Source: Clostridia bacterium (GTDB lineage: Bacteria; Bacillota; Clostridia; Christensenellales; RUG350). Taken from it: DNA of 59,885 nt. The DNA lies in assembly GCA_017631635.1 (NCBI GenBank), contig JAGBSX010000028.1:1-59885 (forward strand). The letters are read 5' to 3'. Positions 58,264 to 59,885 of the stretch are shown one piece after another. Numbering within the stretch: the stretch's first letter is position 1; each line of letters starts with the position of its first letter. A model generated the notes under the pieces. The model was not told the origin of the DNA and made no database searches. It was given only the letters and a program-made list of their open reading frames with translations. The position numbers and the translations under genes were made by a program.

Positions 58264-59885
58264 ATGGCAAAATTACAAAACTTCAACGGAAAATATTGCG
58301 AATCGGAATATGAAAGCGCTTTTCTTGCCTTTTTAGAGCAGGAAGGCTGGCATTACCTTGCAGGAAACAGTATTGCCCGCAAGTCAAAAAGAGACGTACT
58401 CTACACGGGGGATATGGAGCAGTTTTTAAGCAAAACCAACCCCGACTTGACGGCTGAAGAAATATCGCAAATCGTAGATACCGTACGTCTTGTTGGTGCG
58501 GAAAGTGAGTTCTCTACTCTGCATAAGGTTTACGGGTGGATGGTGAATGGTATTCAATTCACGCCACAATCGGGACTTCCAAAAATGGTTGCGTTAATTG
58601 ATTTTGAAAAGCCTGAAAATAATATTTTCCGTGCAGTCAATCAATTTGTTGTGGAATACACCAATAATGGACAAGTTGAAACACGCCGTCCTGACATACT
58701 TTTGTTTGTCAACGGTATGCCTTTATGTGTAATTGAACTTAAGAATCCTGCGGATGCACACGCAACCATTTATAATGCTTGGGAACAAATTTACAGTCGC
58801 TATTGGCGTGATATCCCTCACTTGATTCACTTCTGTCCATTAGCCTGCATTTCCGACGGCGTAAAAACACGCCTTGGCACGGTTCGCACGCCTTATGAGC
58901 ATTTCTATGCTTGGCGTCGTGTTAATGACGGCGATAAGGTTTCTACGCTTCCTTTCGAAGAAACACAAGCTATGATTCAGGGTGTATATAGCCCTGCAAG
59001 ATTCCTTGAAATCTTCCGTGATTATATATATTTTCAAGACAGCGAATATGACAGCGCCGAACGTGAAATTGTTTGCCGTTATCCGCAGTTTTTTGCTGCA
59101 CGGTTACTGAAAAGTAGTATTGTAAAATCCGTTGTAGAAAAGAGCGGTAAGGGCGGTACGTATTTTGGTGCAACTGGTTGTGGAAAAACATACACGATGG
59201 CGTTCCTTGCTCGTCAACTTGCACTTCGTTGCACGGACGTGCCTGAAATAGGTTCTCCCACCATCGTTTTAATCGTTGACCGTGACGACTTGCAAAAACA
59301 AGGCGCAAAACTATTCACCAAGAGTAAAGAATTCTTAAACCTTGGCGAAGTTAAGGTTGTACAAACCCGTAAGGAGTTGCGTGAAGAACTCGGCGCGCGT
59401 GAAAGCGGCGGTTTCTATATCTGCACCATTCAAAAGTTCTGCGACCGTGAAGACGACAAAATTGGACTTATAAACGACCGCGCAAACATAATTTGTTTCT
59501 CGGATGAAGCACATAGAACACAGCTTGAACACGCAAAGAAAATTAAGTTTAGCAAAGATACTGATGAAAATATGAGAGCTATGGTTTCAAAGCCTTACGC
59601 AAAGGTTTTGAAAGAGGCGCTCCCCAACGCTACGTTCGTTGGATTTACTGGTACGCCTATTTCTGAAACGTATCAAACCTTTGGTGACGAAATTGACCGT
59701 TATACGATGGACCAAGCAGTTGCCGACGGACTTACTGTTTCCATTAAATATCACCCTCGTATTGCAAAAGTATTACTTGACCAAGAAAAGGTTAAACAAA
59801 TTGAAGCATATTACAAGAGATGTGCTGATGACGGAGCAACTGAAGAAGATATAGAAGCAAGCAAAAAGGCTATGAGTTCTATGGA
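58264..59885 (+). CDS. hsdR: Type I R-M restriction subunit (3' truncated by window end)
   Basis: Frame from ATG 58264 reads RRPDILLFVNGMPLCVIELKN, ATGCGKT, DEAHR, GFTGTP. Confidence 0.93.
   Translation, partial: MAKLQNFNGKYCESEYESAFLAFLEQEGWHYLAGNSIARKSKRDVLYTGDMEQFLSKTNPDLTAEEISQIVDTVRLVGAESEFSTLHKVYGWMVNGIQFTPQSGLPKMVALIDFEKPENNIFRAVNQFVVEYTNNGQVETRRPDILLFVNGMPLCVIELKNPADAHATIYNAWEQIYSRYWRDIPHLIHFCPLACISDGVKTRLGTVRTPYEHFYAWRRVNDGDKVSTLPFEETQAMIQGVYSPARFLEIFRDYIYFQDSEYDSAEREIVCRYPQFFAARLLKSSIVKSVVEKSGKGGTYFGATGCGKTYTMAFLARQLALRCTDVPEIGSPTIVLIVDRDDLQKQGAKLFTKSKEFLNLGEVKVVQTRKELREELGARESGGFYICTIQKFCDREDDKIGLINDRANIICFSDEAHRTQLEHAKKIKFSKDTDENMRAMVSKPYAKVLKEALPNATFVGFTGTPISETYQTFGDEIDRYTMDQAVADGLTVSIKYHPRIAKVLLDQEKVKQIEAYYKRCADDGATEEDIEASKKAMSSM

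Larger units (their letters stand above)
54364..59885 (+). mobile_element. Putative genomic (defence) island adjacent to tRNA-Glu; continues beyond the window
   Basis: att-like repeat; abrupt codon-style change (CTT/GAA/AAA instead of CTA/GAG/AAG); R-M cargo; no integrase visible in the window. Confidence 0.6.

Noticed and set aside
1751-59854. Numerous antisense and alternate-frame ORFs of 60-230 aa (e.g. 35341-36033, 55782-56483, 59639-59854)
   Set aside because: Shadows of well-supported genes; Ser/Leu/Thr-rich or motif-less, with no SD
1-59885. CRISPR array
   Set aside because: No regularly spaced 25-45 bp repeats with unique spacers and no cas genes seen; the repeats found are intragenic or terminators

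Overview
Chromosomal window from a spore-forming, Rho-encoding Firmicute of class Clostridia (the lineage is an inference). It opens inside an IS3-family element. Positions 0.6-12.2 kb hold a probable DeoR-controlled catabolic cluster: lplA, DeoR, E2, E3, an 821-aa fused E1 alpha/beta, an MBL hydrolase, a SorE-like Zn-dehydrogenase, an MtlD-like dehydrogenase and a frameshifted DMT transporter. Next come a gerABC-type operon and a 1.3-kb AT-rich patch with a candidate small RNA and chimeric ORFs sharing an 81-bp repeat. A long housekeeping stretch follows (dGTPase-like HD protein, rpsF-ssb-rpsR, large SRP RNA, rho, ychF, argS, ispE, tadA, pth, mfd, alaS, smpB, secG, lepB), interrupted by a 1478-aa acidic repeat protein. 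Three tRNAs lie at 53.9-54.2 kb. Right after tRNA-Glu, whose 3' end is duplicated, a compositionally distinct island begins. It carries a type I R-M operon led by a ribbon-helix-helix gene, with a DUF4062 (TIR/NDT-like fold) gene between hsdS and the window-truncated hsdR. The two best candidates for new biology are (i) the sugar-linked lipoate/ThDP dehydrogenase complex and (ii) the RHH-regulated type I R-M with an embedded DUF4062 effector. All calls come from reading the sequence; no searches were run.
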